Below, in pieces: positions 1-10,291 of a DNA stretch of 64,000 nucleotides (position 1 is its first letter; every line of letters starts with the position of its first letter). The position numbers and the translations under genes are program-made. The notes beneath the pieces were generated by a model. The model made no database searches, was not told the origin of the DNA, and worked only from the letters and a program-made list of their open reading frames with translations. Source of the DNA: Candidatus Heimdallarchaeota archaeon (GTDB taxonomy: Archaea; Asgardarchaeota; Heimdallarchaeia; JABLTI01); NCBI GenBank assembly GCA_019056785.1, contig DXJV01000084.1, forward strand, positions 32,001 to 96,000. Direction: 5' to 3'.

Positions 1-170
1 CCTTGAAAGATTGTGAACGTGCCCAAGCTGCGAATATTTTATTCATTGGAAAAATCGGTTTGTTTACAAAGGAAGATTTCGATAGAATTTCCCAATCTAA
101 ATTAGTGATTACCAAACTTAGCGAGTTAACGGAACTCCTAAAAACCTTTAGAGAGAAAGAGAACAAGTGA
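1..170 (+). CDS. 3' end of a CDS truncated by the window edge, possibly a HAD-family hydrolase
   Basis: Open frame from position 3 (LKDCERAQAANILFIG...KLSELTELLK...) ends at TGA 168-170, overlapping the GTG of the next gene. It resembles HAD C-termini (D..xA..A...FIG). Confidence 0.45.
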   Translation, partial: LKDCERAQAANILFIGKIGLFTKEDFDRISQSKLVITKLSELTELLKTFREKENK

Positions 171-1171
171 TAGAAAAATTGAAGATACGAGCATCAATAG
201 GGACAGCAGCCGTTCTTGGGCTAGAAAAAATCCTCATAACTGTCCCTCCCACAACAGCATATTTTATGTTGTATACTGAGGGTCATTGTCTCAGCAATTG
301 CAGTTTTTGTCCTCAAGCATATAGCAGCCTGAGCAAAAGCAACAGCCTATCGCGAGTGCTATGGCCAGTTTATGATCTGGAACAAATAATCACAGGTCTA
401 AAAAAAACAGCCAGAAAGAGCCTTAAACGAATTTGTATACAAACCATCAATTTTCCAGGTGCGAGAGAACAAATCTTATCTTTGTTAACTGAATTTCGAA
501 AAAGTAAAATTTCACTACCAATTAGTATTTGCAGTTTTCCCGTTGACCGGGCTTTTTTGTCACAGATGAAAGAACATGGAGTTACCCGAATAGGGATCGC
601 CTTTGACTGTGCAACACCAACGATTTTCAATTTAGTTAAGGGGATTAGCCGCGGGCCCACCCTCTCGTGGGCTCTTTTAGAGGAAGCGCTTGAAGATGCT
701 ATCGATATTTTTGGCAATCATTTTGTGAGTACACATCTGATAATTGGTCTGGGAGAAACTGAAAAGGAGGCAGTAGAATTCATTCAGAAATTCCATGATA
801 AAGGAATAACCATAGGGTTGTTTGCTTTTACACCGGTCCGAGGGACAGCTTTGGAGCATCATCCCAAACCTTCGCTAGTTTCTTATAGGAGGGTACAACT
901 CGCCAGATTTTTGATAACGAAAAACCTTTCTTCTATTCAAAACATGTCTTTTAATGCTGAAGAAAAGATTCAAACATTTGGCGTCGAAAAAAAGCAACTT
1001 AATGAGGTAATTGCTTCAGGGAAACCTTTTCTGACAAGTGGTTGCCCTCATTGTAACAGACCATTTTATAATGAATCTCCCGGCAAGCCGCTATACAATT
1101 TTCCGAGAAGGCCAACAGAATCTGAACTTGAGGAAATTAGATTAATGCTATACACAGACTTAAAACGATAA
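167..1171 (+). CDS. lipS2: Radical SAM protein, LipS2-type lipoyl synthase subunit
   Basis: CxxxCxxC (CLSNCSFC) plus C-terminal TSGCPHCNRP, matching the TxGCPxC(N/D)RP motif of LipS2. A lipoate ligase lies two genes downstream. Confidence 0.8.
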   Translation: MIEKLKIRASIGTAAVLGLEKILITVPPTTAYFMLYTEGHCLSNCSFCPQAYSSLSKSNSLSRVLWPVYDLEQIITGLKKTARKSLKRICIQTINFPGAREQILSLLTEFRKSKISLPISICSFPVDRAFLSQMKEHGVTRIGIAFDCATPTIFNLVKGISRGPTLSWALLEEALEDAIDIFGNHFVSTHLIIGLGETEKEAVEFIQKFHDKGITIGLFAFTPVRGTALEHHPKPSLVSYRRVQLARFLITKNLSSIQNMSFNAEEKIQTFGVEKKQLNEVIASGKPFLTSGCPHCNRPFYNESPGKPLYNFPRRPTESELEEIRLMLYTDLKR

Positions 1172-1271
1172 GCAGATTTTTTAAGAAGATGTAAAAATAA
1201 TAAGTAAAGCAATTATACACTCTCTGTGAGAAATTTTAGAAAGTTGAAAAGAGCTTTGGAGAAATACAGTC

Positions 1272-1766
1272 TTGTCCGAAGAAGAATCAAAATTTATGAT
1301 CTGCCCAAATTGTGGGGCAATTTTAGAAAAAGGAGTTCAATTTTGTGGTTATTGTGGCGTAAATGTTGAAGAGGCAAAAGCAAAAGAGCAAGAGACTATT
1401 AGGGGGCAACAATTTTATCAGACAACACAAGCACAACCACAAACATATGGTAGCAGCTACCGATCCACTTATGGCACAACAACTCTAGGCGCTGCTGGGG
1501 ACCTTAGAAAACAAGCAATGGCCGAATCAAAAATAAACCTTGCGTATCTCCTCTCGTGGCTCGCTTTTTGTTTTATGGGGGCAATTGGACTTGTCATTGC
1601 AATTGTTTCGCTTGTTTTTGTAGGGCAAGCTAAAAAACTCGTGGGAAATGACCCGCGTTTAACGCAAGCATTTGTTTTAGCCATTATTGCAATAATTGGA
1701 AGTTTAATCTCAATTGGAATTATGATCTTCTTATTTACGTCTGGGAATATGTTCCCCTATTTTTAG
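1272..1766 (+). CDS. Zinc-ribbon membrane protein (DUF4190-like C-terminal TM hairpin)
   Basis: CPNC...CGYC at the N-terminus, a Q/T/Y-rich linker and hydrophobic C-terminal helices. Confidence 0.7.
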   Translation: MSEEESKFMICPNCGAILEKGVQFCGYCGVNVEEAKAKEQETIRGQQFYQTTQAQPQTYGSSYRSTYGTTTLGAAGDLRKQAMAESKINLAYLLSWLAFCFMGAIGLVIAIVSLVFVGQAKKLVGNDPRLTQAFVLAIIAIIGSLISIGIMIFLFTSGNMFPYF

Positions 1767-1774
1767 AAACAGAA

Positions 1775-2584
1775 ATGAAAAGAACTATAGAAGGCTTGCA
1801 AATGGCTCGAGAAGAATGGCGGCTTATTTGGGAAGAAAAAGCAAACAACTGCTATTATAATATGGGCTTGGATAGAGCAATTTTAAATGCAGTCTCTAAG
1901 AAGAAAGCGCAAAACACCATTCGATTTTATCGTTGGCAACCCTCTGCAGTATCAATTGGTTATTTTCAATCCATGAAAAAGGTTGTTGATATTGACAAAT
2001 GCAAAGAACTGGGAGTTGACTATGTCCGAAGAATTACTGGTGGAGGAGCAGTTTACCATGATTTTGAGGGCGAATTAACTTATTCCGTTAATTGCCTCGA
2101 GGAGAATAAGAAACTACCACAAGAAATAATGAAAATCTATGAGAAAATCTGTGCAGGGATAATTGTTGGGATGCAAAAACTAGGCATCCAAGCCGAGTTC
2201 AAGCCGATTAACGACATTGTCTTAAAAAGCTCGCAAAAGAAGATTTCGGGGAATGCATTAACAAGAAGAGAAGGAGTGGTATTACAACATGGGACTATCC
2301 TTCGAAAAGTAAATCTCGAAAAAATGTTCTTCGTGTTAAAAATTCCTGATGAAAAATACAAAACGAAAATGATTTCTTCGGCAAAAGAACGTGTCTCGAG
2401 CCTCGAGTTGGAACTTGGAACAGCCCCCTCTTTTAGAGAAATTAGGGAAGCGTTAAAAGCAGGTTTTGAAGAAACATTCGAGATAGATTTAGTACAAGAG
2501 AAAATTACTCCCGAAGAGTTAAAAGAAGCCGAAGAAATAGCAAATAATGTTTTTCAAAATGAGGAATGGCTCTTTAAACGATAG
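1775..2584 (+). CDS. lplA: Lipoate-protein ligase A family, catalytic domain only
   Basis: NMGLD, RRITGGGAVYHD, NDI, KKISGNA and LQHGTIL motifs. Start may be the ATG at 1802. Confidence 0.9.
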   Translation: MKRTIEGLQMAREEWRLIWEEKANNCYYNMGLDRAILNAVSKKKAQNTIRFYRWQPSAVSIGYFQSMKKVVDIDKCKELGVDYVRRITGGGAVYHDFEGELTYSVNCLEENKKLPQEIMKIYEKICAGIIVGMQKLGIQAEFKPINDIVLKSSQKKISGNALTRREGVVLQHGTILRKVNLEKMFFVLKIPDEKYKTKMISSAKERVSSLELELGTAPSFREIREALKAGFEETFEIDLVQEKITPEELKEAEEIANNVFQNEEWLFKR

Positions 2585-2712
2585 GAAAAGCAATAAAGAA
2601 ATGAAAGCTACTTATAAATAAAGAAAGGTTAGTCTTTTTGAGTGCAAATAAGAAAAAATTGTACAAGGCTATTGAAGAACGTAGTGATTGAGATATCTGG
2701 AGCGAAAAACGG

Positions 2713-3432
2713 TTGAGCCATAAACGAGTTAGAGATCCAAGATTTTACATTGAATACGAATATGATGCAGAAACGAAAGATAAAATCGAAGATTTATTAA
2801 CTTTATATTCTACACTTGAAGAGATTCTAACAAAAGCAATTGCATTATTGCATGAACAGCATTTTGGTTCAATCACAAAACGAACTTTGCCACCGGCCTT
2901 TTCACGAACCTTTTCCGCAACCGATGCGATTGCGGACAAGAAATTAGATGAACTTTACCGATTTATCCAAGAAATGAAAGAACAGTTCCCAAAAGTTGTC
3001 CAAGCAAGTAACCAGAAAGAAGTTGACGCTTCAGAGCAAAAGCAGCTAATCCAATTCTCAGAAGAAGCGAATAAGAGGATCATGAAAAAAATCGACGAGT
3101 TAGGAATGCGTTTTAGTAAGATCATCTCAGAGGCAGACCAATCAACAGGAAAGAAAGCAGTCACGGCTGAAATGAGCAAAGAAGAAGTGTTACAATTAAT
3201 AAAACGAATTGACAAATTAGAATCAAAACTAACAAAAGCTATTTCTCAGTCTAGAGTAGCAGGACCAATAAGAGGGACTAGCAGAGGACCTTTACGAGAT
3301 CTGGGCGAACCACCAAAAATCGCCGAAATTAAAAAGATTGAAGGACGACCACCAGAGCCGGAGGAACGACCACTTTTAGATGATGTCCTTGATACGGTAA
3401 TAGTTTCTGTTGAAAGTAATAAGACTAATTAA
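2713..3432 (+). CDS. Hypothetical coiled-coil protein with Pro-rich C-terminus
   Basis: 239-aa ORF, helical and charged, with no recognisable motif. Confidence 0.65.
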   Translation: MSHKRVRDPRFYIEYEYDAETKDKIEDLLTLYSTLEEILTKAIALLHEQHFGSITKRTLPPAFSRTFSATDAIADKKLDELYRFIQEMKEQFPKVVQASNQKEVDASEQKQLIQFSEEANKRIMKKIDELGMRFSKIISEADQSTGKKAVTAEMSKEEVLQLIKRIDKLESKLTKAISQSRVAGPIRGTSRGPLRDLGEPPKIAEIKKIEGRPPEPEERPLLDDVLDTVIVSVESNKTN

Positions 3433-4304
3433 AAGAGCGACTCGAGTTCAGGCCAGTAAGAAGCATAGGCTTTATCATTTAACAAACTCTTTTTCAATGA
3501 TTCTGCTATTTTGTGATCAACATCATAAAGAATACGACAAATAGCAATGCATGCTTCAATATGATTTTCTTTTTTCAGCTTTCGAAAAGCATCACGTAAA
3601 ACATTTCCGGCAGTTTTTTTGTTTAAAATTTTTGACAAAGCCCAGGCAGCATCCTTTGTTTCATCAGGCTTTAGGAGGGCCTTCTTCAAGAGCGGAGCTG
3701 CTGATGCTGCTTGTAAGCAACCCAAGGCATAGGCAGCATTTTTTCGAACCGCTAAATGAGGATCTGTTAGAGCTTCTTGTAGAGGAGCAATAGCTCTCTT
3801 ATCATGGATCTCACCTAATGCCCAAGCGGCCATTTCTCGAGTATTGTAGTTTTCGTCACGCAAAAGAGCATCGATGAGTGGTCGAACAGCTTTCCTTCGC
3901 CGGCTTTTTCCGAGGGCGAATGCAGCATTTTGCCGCACGAGATAATGATCGTCTGCTAATGCCTCAATTAAAGGGAGTATATCGAAATTGAATTTTGTAA
4001 GAAAAGCCAAAGCATAGGCAGCTTCTGCACGAACTTCAGGGCTAGGGTCTTTCCTTAATACTTTCAAAAGTGGGGGAATACTCCTGCGATTTTTAATCTC
4101 TTTTAAAGCACCGGCAGCAGCACGACGCAAATTTTCATCCTTTGAAGATAAAACATTAATTAAAGGGGTCACAGCCCGGTCGTTTCCCCATTCACCAAGA
4201 ATAGTAGCTGCTTGAATGCGGATTTTGGGGTCCTCAGATTGAAGATCACGGATATACTCTGACAAACTTTTTTCAAATTGAGTCATAAAACCCCACCTGA
4301 CCAT
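3429..4304 (-). CDS. HEAT-repeat (PBS lyase-like) protein
   Basis: About 6-7 repeats of L..D.D..VR..AA.ALG. Confidence 0.9.
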   Translation of the reverse strand: MVRWGFMTQFEKSLSEYIRDLQSEDPKIRIQAATILGEWGNDRAVTPLINVLSSKDENLRRAAAGALKEIKNRRSIPPLLKVLRKDPSPEVRAEAAYALAFLTKFNFDILPLIEALADDHYLVRQNAAFALGKSRRRKAVRPLIDALLRDENYNTREMAAWALGEIHDKRAIAPLQEALTDPHLAVRKNAAYALGCLQAASAAPLLKKALLKPDETKDAAWALSKILNKKTAGNVLRDAFRKLKKENHIEACIAICRILYDVDHKIAESLKKSLLNDKAYASYWPELESLF

Positions 4305-4391
4305 GTTAATAAATTAGTAACTACTTAACTTGAGAAATATAAAGCTATAAGAGTTTTCCTAATATGGAAAACTCATGAACCATCAATCATA

Positions 4392-6689
4392 TTAACGCTT
4401 TGCTTGAAATCGAATGCGAACTATTAAAATTACACTCAAGAGCATAAAAACAACAAGGATTACAACATAAGCAACCCAGTGTCTTTCAATCGGAAAGCTG
4501 TTTGGATCTAGAGGATCAGTGTGATTTAATATCTCCTCGCCATCCGAGTAGCCATCTCCATCTGTATCTGGATTTAAAGGATCCGTTCCCATCTTAATTT
4601 CCTGATAATCAGACAGAGTATCATAATCACTATCAGGATTATTGGGGTCAGTGTGATAGTAGATTTCTTCTCCATCTTCAAGTAAATCATTATCGGTATC
4701 TGCTAACAAAATGCTTGTGAAATAGACTGTTAACTCTTCAATATCATTTAAGTTATCTAAGTCATTATCTAAACCGGAAATGCTTAAGTCAAAATAACCC
4801 TCGTTATAAACAACTGCAAGTGAATAGTTGATTATACAAACAGCTGTTAAAGAACTGTGAGTATCATAGTCGGCAATAAAATGAATACTACCATCCGATT
4901 TTATTTGGTGAATTTCTATCTCAGACATGTGGATAACAATGAAATAATTTAGATTAAGAACTGTAAGCAGTACAGGAAAAAGGTAATAGACTGTGTGTAT
5001 AATACTAGGAGATGCTGGGACACTGAAATCAAAATAATAAATGGTTGTGTCACTTAGTGCAAAGCCGCTTGTTCCGATGGTTTCAATTTGCTTAATTTCG
5101 AATCTCTGTATAGTCGACACAAGTTCGCCAAACTGCCATTCAATGCTATCTGGATTAATATTAATAAGAACAATTCCCATAGTTGGTGAAGCAACAAAAG
5201 CAAATTCTTCGCTAAGAGAGACCGTCGTTACCCTTGGTATCGACTTTGATGTGTTAAGAAGCTCAAAAGGAGCACTTTTATTAGAAACATCAAGGATTTC
5301 AAGACTATCATTACCATCTGCAACAAAAGCAAGCTCATCACGGACACAGACATCTAAGGCTTCTCCCCCGTCATAAAATGTTCCTACTAGTGATGCTTTT
5401 GCCAAATTTGAGACATCATAAATCTTAATGCCTTGAGTGGAACAGGCCAGATACAAATAATTTTCAGCTACACAAAAGCTGCTTATGTTGGCATCAAATA
5501 TTGAAGCAATCTTTTGAAAAGAGTTGGTTTTTGTATCAAATCCCAATATTACAATCCTTTGGTTAGCCTCTCGTAAGAAAATTAAGCCATTCTTATATTG
5601 AATTTGCTCGAAATCCTTTGGCCCTATAGAATTAAAGAGAAACGGTGAAAACTTATTTGAATTGTCAATTAACCACAAACCATTTTCAGCCAAGACATAA
5701 CTGAAATTATTGAAAACGGTCAAGTCCACTAAGAAATCGTCCAGGACTAAAAAACTCTCACGAGTAAGATTATAACCTTGGATATTATAAATTTCATATT
5801 CATCTGTGCTATTAATATTATACAAATAGTTCTGCTGGATGAAAATTTCATTAAAATTAATATTAGTTATATTTGCTTCTAAAACGGGTTTTGTTTTATC
5901 ACTAACATTAAAGATGAATAAACTACCAAGAGAATCAACAACAAAAGCTGTTTCATTTTCCACTGTAATTTTTGTAAAATAATGCCCATTACTATAACAA
6001 GTCCCCACCAGCTGAGGATTAGTAGGGGTTGAGATGTTATAGATTTCCAAACCATCTTTGCTACTCGCAAGGAACAGATAATTATCTCGAATAAAACAAC
6101 CATAGGAGCCGCTATTATTCGTACGTAAACTTGTGACAAGCACCGGCGAATCTTTTTCACTTATATCATAAACAGACAAGTCATAATAACTCCCGGTGGT
6201 ATAAAGATAGTTATTGTAAACGACAAGGTCTCGAGCTGCAATTATCGCATGATTATCAAATATAGGGACGGGATTGTAAGGATTCGAAACATCAATTATC
6301 TCAATATATGAAAGCCCATACGCAACGACAACAGTTTGCTCATCAATTACGGCAATTGCATAAACCGTTGAGGGGTCGCCATAAACACTTAGGACCTCGA
6401 GTCGTGTAGGGTCAGACAAATTAACTATAGCTAAAAGACAATTGCCACCACCAACATATGCAAGAGAACCTGTAACAAGTACTTTATCAGCTTCACGGAA
6501 ATTCTCCCGCCATAAAGTTTGATTCAAAAAATAAGGAAATGTTGATACACTTGCAGAACTAGTTGAATCACTTTGTTCCGAGGTAAAAGTAGGCGCGTCT
6601 TTCCAAGTGGCATTCAAAAGAATAACACCAATTATCATGAGAGTAAAGAAACCCACTTTTGCGTAACACTTAGGCTTGAATTGTCCCAT
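4392..6689 (-). CDS. Membrane-anchored LVIVD-repeat (beta-propeller) protein with Ca-binding DxDxDG repeats
   Basis: N-terminal hydrophobic helix, many L.I.DVS.P..P repeats, DTDNDLLED/DSDYDTLSD/DTDGDGYSD repeats and a C-terminal TM helix with a basic tail. Confidence 0.85.
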   Translation of the reverse strand: MGQFKPKCYAKVGFFTLMIIGVILLNATWKDAPTFTSEQSDSTSSASVSTFPYFLNQTLWRENFREADKVLVTGSLAYVGGGNCLLAIVNLSDPTRLEVLSVYGDPSTVYAIAVIDEQTVVVAYGLSYIEIIDVSNPYNPVPIFDNHAIIAARDLVVYNNYLYTTGSYYDLSVYDISEKDSPVLVTSLRTNNSGSYGCFIRDNYLFLASSKDGLEIYNISTPTNPQLVGTCYSNGHYFTKITVENETAFVVDSLGSLFIFNVSDKTKPVLEANITNINFNEIFIQQNYLYNINSTDEYEIYNIQGYNLTRESFLVLDDFLVDLTVFNNFSYVLAENGLWLIDNSNKFSPFLFNSIGPKDFEQIQYKNGLIFLREANQRIVILGFDTKTNSFQKIASIFDANISSFCVAENYLYLACSTQGIKIYDVSNLAKASLVGTFYDGGEALDVCVRDELAFVADGNDSLEILDVSNKSAPFELLNTSKSIPRVTTVSLSEEFAFVASPTMGIVLININPDSIEWQFGELVSTIQRFEIKQIETIGTSGFALSDTTIYYFDFSVPASPSIIHTVYYLFPVLLTVLNLNYFIVIHMSEIEIHQIKSDGSIHFIADYDTHSSLTAVCIINYSLAVVYNEGYFDLSISGLDNDLDNLNDIEELTVYFTSILLADTDNDLLEDGEEIYYHTDPNNPDSDYDTLSDYQEIKMGTDPLNPDTDGDGYSDGEEILNHTDPLDPNSFPIERHWVAYVVILVVFMLLSVILIVRIRFQAKR

Positions 6690-6829
6690 TATTAACCCAT
6701 TAAAAAAAAGCTCAATCGCCTTTAAAACATTTCCAAATCAAAAAAAAGAAACTGTAGTTATGGCACTGACGCTTCCCCATTCGCCGAGAATGACTAATAT
6801 ATAGAAAAAATAGAAAAAAGAAAGCTTAT

Positions 6830-7537
6830 TCAAGCTTTCAATATTTCATCAATATCTTTCTGACTTAGAATCTGAACTTTGCCATCCTTTGTTTCCACGA
6901 TGGCCATTTCAACAGTAATGGAATTTTGATCCTCTTCAAGTGAGGATTTCAAGGCGTCAATAGCTAATTTCATCGCGGCTTTCTTCGCAAGTGATTTCTT
7001 GTATCCTTTCTTTAAGACTTCCTTTGCTGCGCCTTCATTAGCACCTATGGCCGTCGCCAAACAGCTGAAAATCGCCCCTCCTGGATCGATGAAATAGAGA
7101 GAGGTTTCTTTTTCATAGACACTTCCAAACAGAACAGCGATACCAAAAGGTCGCACTCCACCATATTGCGTGAACGATTGTAAATAGTCGCCAATTTTTT
7201 CCGAAAGCACTTCTGGATCAATTACTTCTCCGTAAGTAATCCGTTCGATTTGTGCTTCTATACGTGCTCGTTGTAGAAGTGCCCGCCCATCAGCAGAATA
7301 GCCCGAAAAGGTAGAAGCAATGTGGTCATCGATTTTGAAGACTTTATCAGCAGATTCTATTAACTCAAAGGAACGTTTTTGCCCTGCTAAGATAACACAT
7401 GTTTCAGTTTTAAGACCGACAGCGGTGCTACCCATTTTTACGGCTTCTCGCGCATATTCGACTTGAATGATTCGTCCATCAGGCGAGAAAATAACAGTCG
7501 CTTTATCATATCCAAATTGACTTGGTTGTGAAAACAT
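6830..7537 (-). CDS. psmA: 20S proteasome alpha subunit
   Basis: GYDKATVIFSPDGRIIQVEYA, G.TAVG, TQYGGVRPFG and DP.G motifs. Confidence 0.93.
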   Translation of the reverse strand: MFSQPSQFGYDKATVIFSPDGRIIQVEYAREAVKMGSTAVGLKTETCVILAGQKRSFELIESADKVFKIDDHIASTFSGYSADGRALLQRARIEAQIERITYGEVIDPEVLSEKIGDYLQSFTQYGGVRPFGIAVLFGSVYEKETSLYFIDPGGAIFSCLATAIGANEGAAKEVLKKGYKKSLAKKAAMKLAIDALKSSLEEDQNSITVEMAIVETKDGKVQILSQKDIDEILKA

Positions 7538-7538
7538 C

Positions 7539-8186
7539 TTATAATGCGCCTCCAGCTTCGATGATTTGTTCTTTTGTTAATTCCCGGAACCCTTTCTTGT
7601 CGATAACGACTGCACGAATTCCGTCACCTGTTGCAGTATCACGTTTAATTGCAGCTTTCAAAGCTTGCAAGGCTAATCTCAGCCCTTCTTTTTCGCTCAT
7701 GTCTTTTTCATACATTGCTTCCAGAACGCCAAAAGCCACCGGGGAGCCAGAGCCAGTTGCAAACCAGTCATCCTCTGACAAGGAACCTGCCATGTCGAAG
7801 GAGAAGATGTGTGGTCCGTTTTGGTCATATCCTCCTACTATTAATTGAACATAATAGGGGAAATATGCACGATACTGGCCATAAAGCATGTTCTTTACTA
7901 AATTCGCAATCATAGAGATCTTTGGTCGTCGTTTACGGTCAAGCTCAAACAAACGAATTTGAGCTTGCATAATATCAATAATATATTGAGCGTCTGAAAC
8001 CAGACCAGCAATTGTTATCGCAGAGAAATCATTTAGTTGGTGAACCTTTTTAGCGTGGTCGGAAGCAACCAAAGTACCCATACTAGCACGCATGTCTGCA
8101 ACTAGAATCGCACAATCTTTGCATTTCACAGCTACAGTTGTGGTGCCTTTTGTTAATTGACTTTCGATATTATTCATTGGTTGCAT
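7539..8186 (-). CDS. psmB: 20S proteasome beta subunit with 14-aa propeptide
   Basis: KG|TTTVA autoprocessing site, DMRAS (Asp17), KKV (Lys33), ATGSGS and RDTATG. Confidence 0.95.
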   Translation of the reverse strand: MQPMNNIESQLTKGTTTVAVKCKDCAILVADMRASMGTLVASDHAKKVHQLNDFSAITIAGLVSDAQYIIDIMQAQIRLFELDRKRRPKISMIANLVKNMLYGQYRAYFPYYVQLIVGGYDQNGPHIFSFDMAGSLSEDDWFATGSGSPVAFGVLEAMYEKDMSEKEGLRLALQALKAAIKRDTATGDGIRAVVIDKKGFRELTKEQIIEAGGAL

Positions 8187-8320
8187 TCTTTCAACCTCGA
8201 TTCATTTTCTAATACAACAGTTCCCCCTTAATATATAAAATGACTAACTTTCTCTTTCTGAGGTCGTTTCAAGAAGAAGAAAAACAACCAGAGGTGAGGA
8301 AGTTCTCGAAGAACTGCCAA

Positions 8321-9094
8321 CTAGTTTTCTGAAAGAAAACTTTTTGCTGAATTCAACCACGAAAGTAATTTTTGTTGATATTCAATTTTAGAGACGGAAC
8401 TTTTTCTCCATCCCTGGTATTCCGTCGTTGGGGTGACTCCTAACGATTTCAGAAAAGTAGTGATATATTGCGAAAGAGAGTCTAGGGCTTGCTCATACGG
8501 CAATTTTTGTTTGTCATTTTTCTCCGGAATGATCGTCAAGATCAATTCATTTTTGTAGATTTCTAAGGAAGCAATTGAACGGCTGTCCACTAGCTGCCAA
8601 CGAATGATGAAATTTTTCCCCTCAGTATGAGATAAGTAACGAAAAGCGCCAAACCATTTTCCCACTAAAAAGGATGAAAAGTCATCGAGAGGAATGTTAG
8701 AATCGAAAACAACGATTTGCTGTAAAAATTCCGTTGAACTTTGGTGAAGGTCAATAGCATTTTGAACCTTTACTATTTCTGAGAGAATCGCCAACCCTTT
8801 TTGCGAAAGAGAATAATGATTATTGTTTTTATATAGCAATTCTTTTGTTAACAATCGATTAACGGCTTTAGTTATTTTTTGCTGATGCTTACCAAGTTGT
8901 CGTTTAATCCCTGAAAAAGAAAATAAAGTAAGGCCTTCTGCTAACATCTCAGTAGTTGCTAAGAGGAACAATACTTCCAGCTCATCGCGTGTTAGGTAGG
9001 AGTATTCTTCAGTATATAATAAACTGGGGCGAATGTTGATTTCTACTGCCGGAAAGGCACTTCCATTTCGATAAGCATCAGTATAGATGTCCAT
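8321..9094 (-). CDS. Hypothetical protein with winged-helix domain
   Basis: FSGIKRQLGKHQQKITKAVNRL...Y.LS.KG is a MarR-like wHTH pattern. Confidence 0.6.
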   Translation of the reverse strand: MDIYTDAYRNGSAFPAVEINIRPSLLYTEEYSYLTRDELEVLFLLATTEMLAEGLTLFSFSGIKRQLGKHQQKITKAVNRLLTKELLYKNNNHYSLSQKGLAILSEIVKVQNAIDLHQSSTEFLQQIVVFDSNIPLDDFSSFLVGKWFGAFRYLSHTEGKNFIIRWQLVDSRSIASLEIYKNELILTIIPEKNDKQKLPYEQALDSLSQYITTFLKSLGVTPTTEYQGWRKSSVSKIEYQQKLLSWLNSAKSFLSEN

Positions 9095-9326
9095 AGACTC
9101 GTCCCTTATATATGATAATAAGCGTTTATCAATTATTTAATGACTTGCTTTTAGTTTGTAAATTGTTAAGCACTTTTTCTTTAATATTATGGATAAATTT
9201 TACGATAAGCTTAATTATTGAGCCAAAGAGAGGTTTTAGCAAGTAAATTTACCTCTGGAAAGCAGGGATAACCAATAGTAAAAATAATTGAATGATGAAT
9301 AATATCATTGATATGGTGATAATTGA

Positions 9327-10274
9327 ATGAACAAACAAAAAGAGGCGGCACTAAAAAAACTTTATACTCAAAAATTAAAAGCCGCGGGGTATAAGACTGT
9401 CCCTGAATTAGTGAAAATTCTTCCACCAACAATTCAGAGCATTACAGGGGCAAGCCTTGCTACAGCTGAAAAAATCTTTGTCGCCGCATTAAAAAGTCAG
9501 ATGCGAAATGTTCAGCTTAAATTCAATGGTGAACCATCGGAAGGAATTTCTGACATACTAACAAATATGGGATTTCGAACCATACAAGAAATAGCGGATG
9601 CCAATCCTGCGATCCTCGCTAAAACATTAAACATAAGCCTTGCAAGTGCAGGGGATATTGTATTATTTGCCATGGAATTATTGGTGCGAAAGGAGAAAGC
9701 GAAAGTTTCAGTGGGGGATGACTTTCTCGAGGAAATTGATAGAGAAATCTCTCATTATTTGGGAAAATTATCTCGCGTAGAAAAAGAGAGTGAGTTACAA
9801 TCGATCATCGGTGAAACTGTGGAGAAAATTCAAGAAACAATTAAACTTCCAGCAGAAGAACCAATAATAGACAAAAGCCAAAAAGAACGCATTAGAGAAG
9901 TTTTAACAGAATTTACGACCGTTTTCCCGGGATGCGTTGGTTTTGCATTATTTAATCGCAAAGGGCTGGGTGTTTTTAGCTTTTACAAAGATAACGACGC
10001 AAAAACAAACCTAGCAAAAATAAATGAAACGTTCAGTGAAACATTTTGGAAAATTAGTTTACTCTTAGAAAACAAGAATGAATATGGCTGGATTACTGCT
10101 TCTCCCCATCTTATTTGGCTTGAGGCCATCCGGGACAAGGTTCAGAAAAGACTGTTGGCATTTGTTGGGCTATTCCTTTTTGAGGAGAATGCTGACGGAG
10201 TTGGAGCTGCAACTCCCACAATCAAGGGAATAATGAAAGAAATAGAAAGGATAATTTTTTCACCCGAAAGTTAA
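9327..10274 (+). CDS. Tandem helix-hairpin-helix (RadA-N-like) protein with C-terminal roadblock-like domain
   Basis: LKAAGYKTVPEL...ITGASLATAEKI and LTNMGFRTIQEIADA...LNISLASAGDI. The C-terminus has VLTEF...PGCVGFALFNRKG. Confidence 0.55.
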   Translation: MNKQKEAALKKLYTQKLKAAGYKTVPELVKILPPTIQSITGASLATAEKIFVAALKSQMRNVQLKFNGEPSEGISDILTNMGFRTIQEIADANPAILAKTLNISLASAGDIVLFAMELLVRKEKAKVSVGDDFLEEIDREISHYLGKLSRVEKESELQSIIGETVEKIQETIKLPAEEPIIDKSQKERIREVLTEFTTVFPGCVGFALFNRKGLGVFSFYKDNDAKTNLAKINETFSETFWKISLLLENKNEYGWITASPHLIWLEAIRDKVQKRLLAFVGLFLFEENADGVGAATPTIKGIMKEIERIIFSPES

Positions 10275-10291
10275 GGTGACCCCCGCCTTTT

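Noticed and set aside
2713-3432. Possible WH2-like or MIM-like short motifs in this coiled-coil protein and in the one at 43945-44643
   Set aside because: The matches are short and degenerate (no LKKV-type element) and cannot be supported without profile searches.
3429-6689. HEAT and LVIVD genes as proteasome-associated factors
   Set aside because: They are separated from psmA by T-rich terminator-like gaps and belong to generic repeat families. Co-orientation alone is insufficient.
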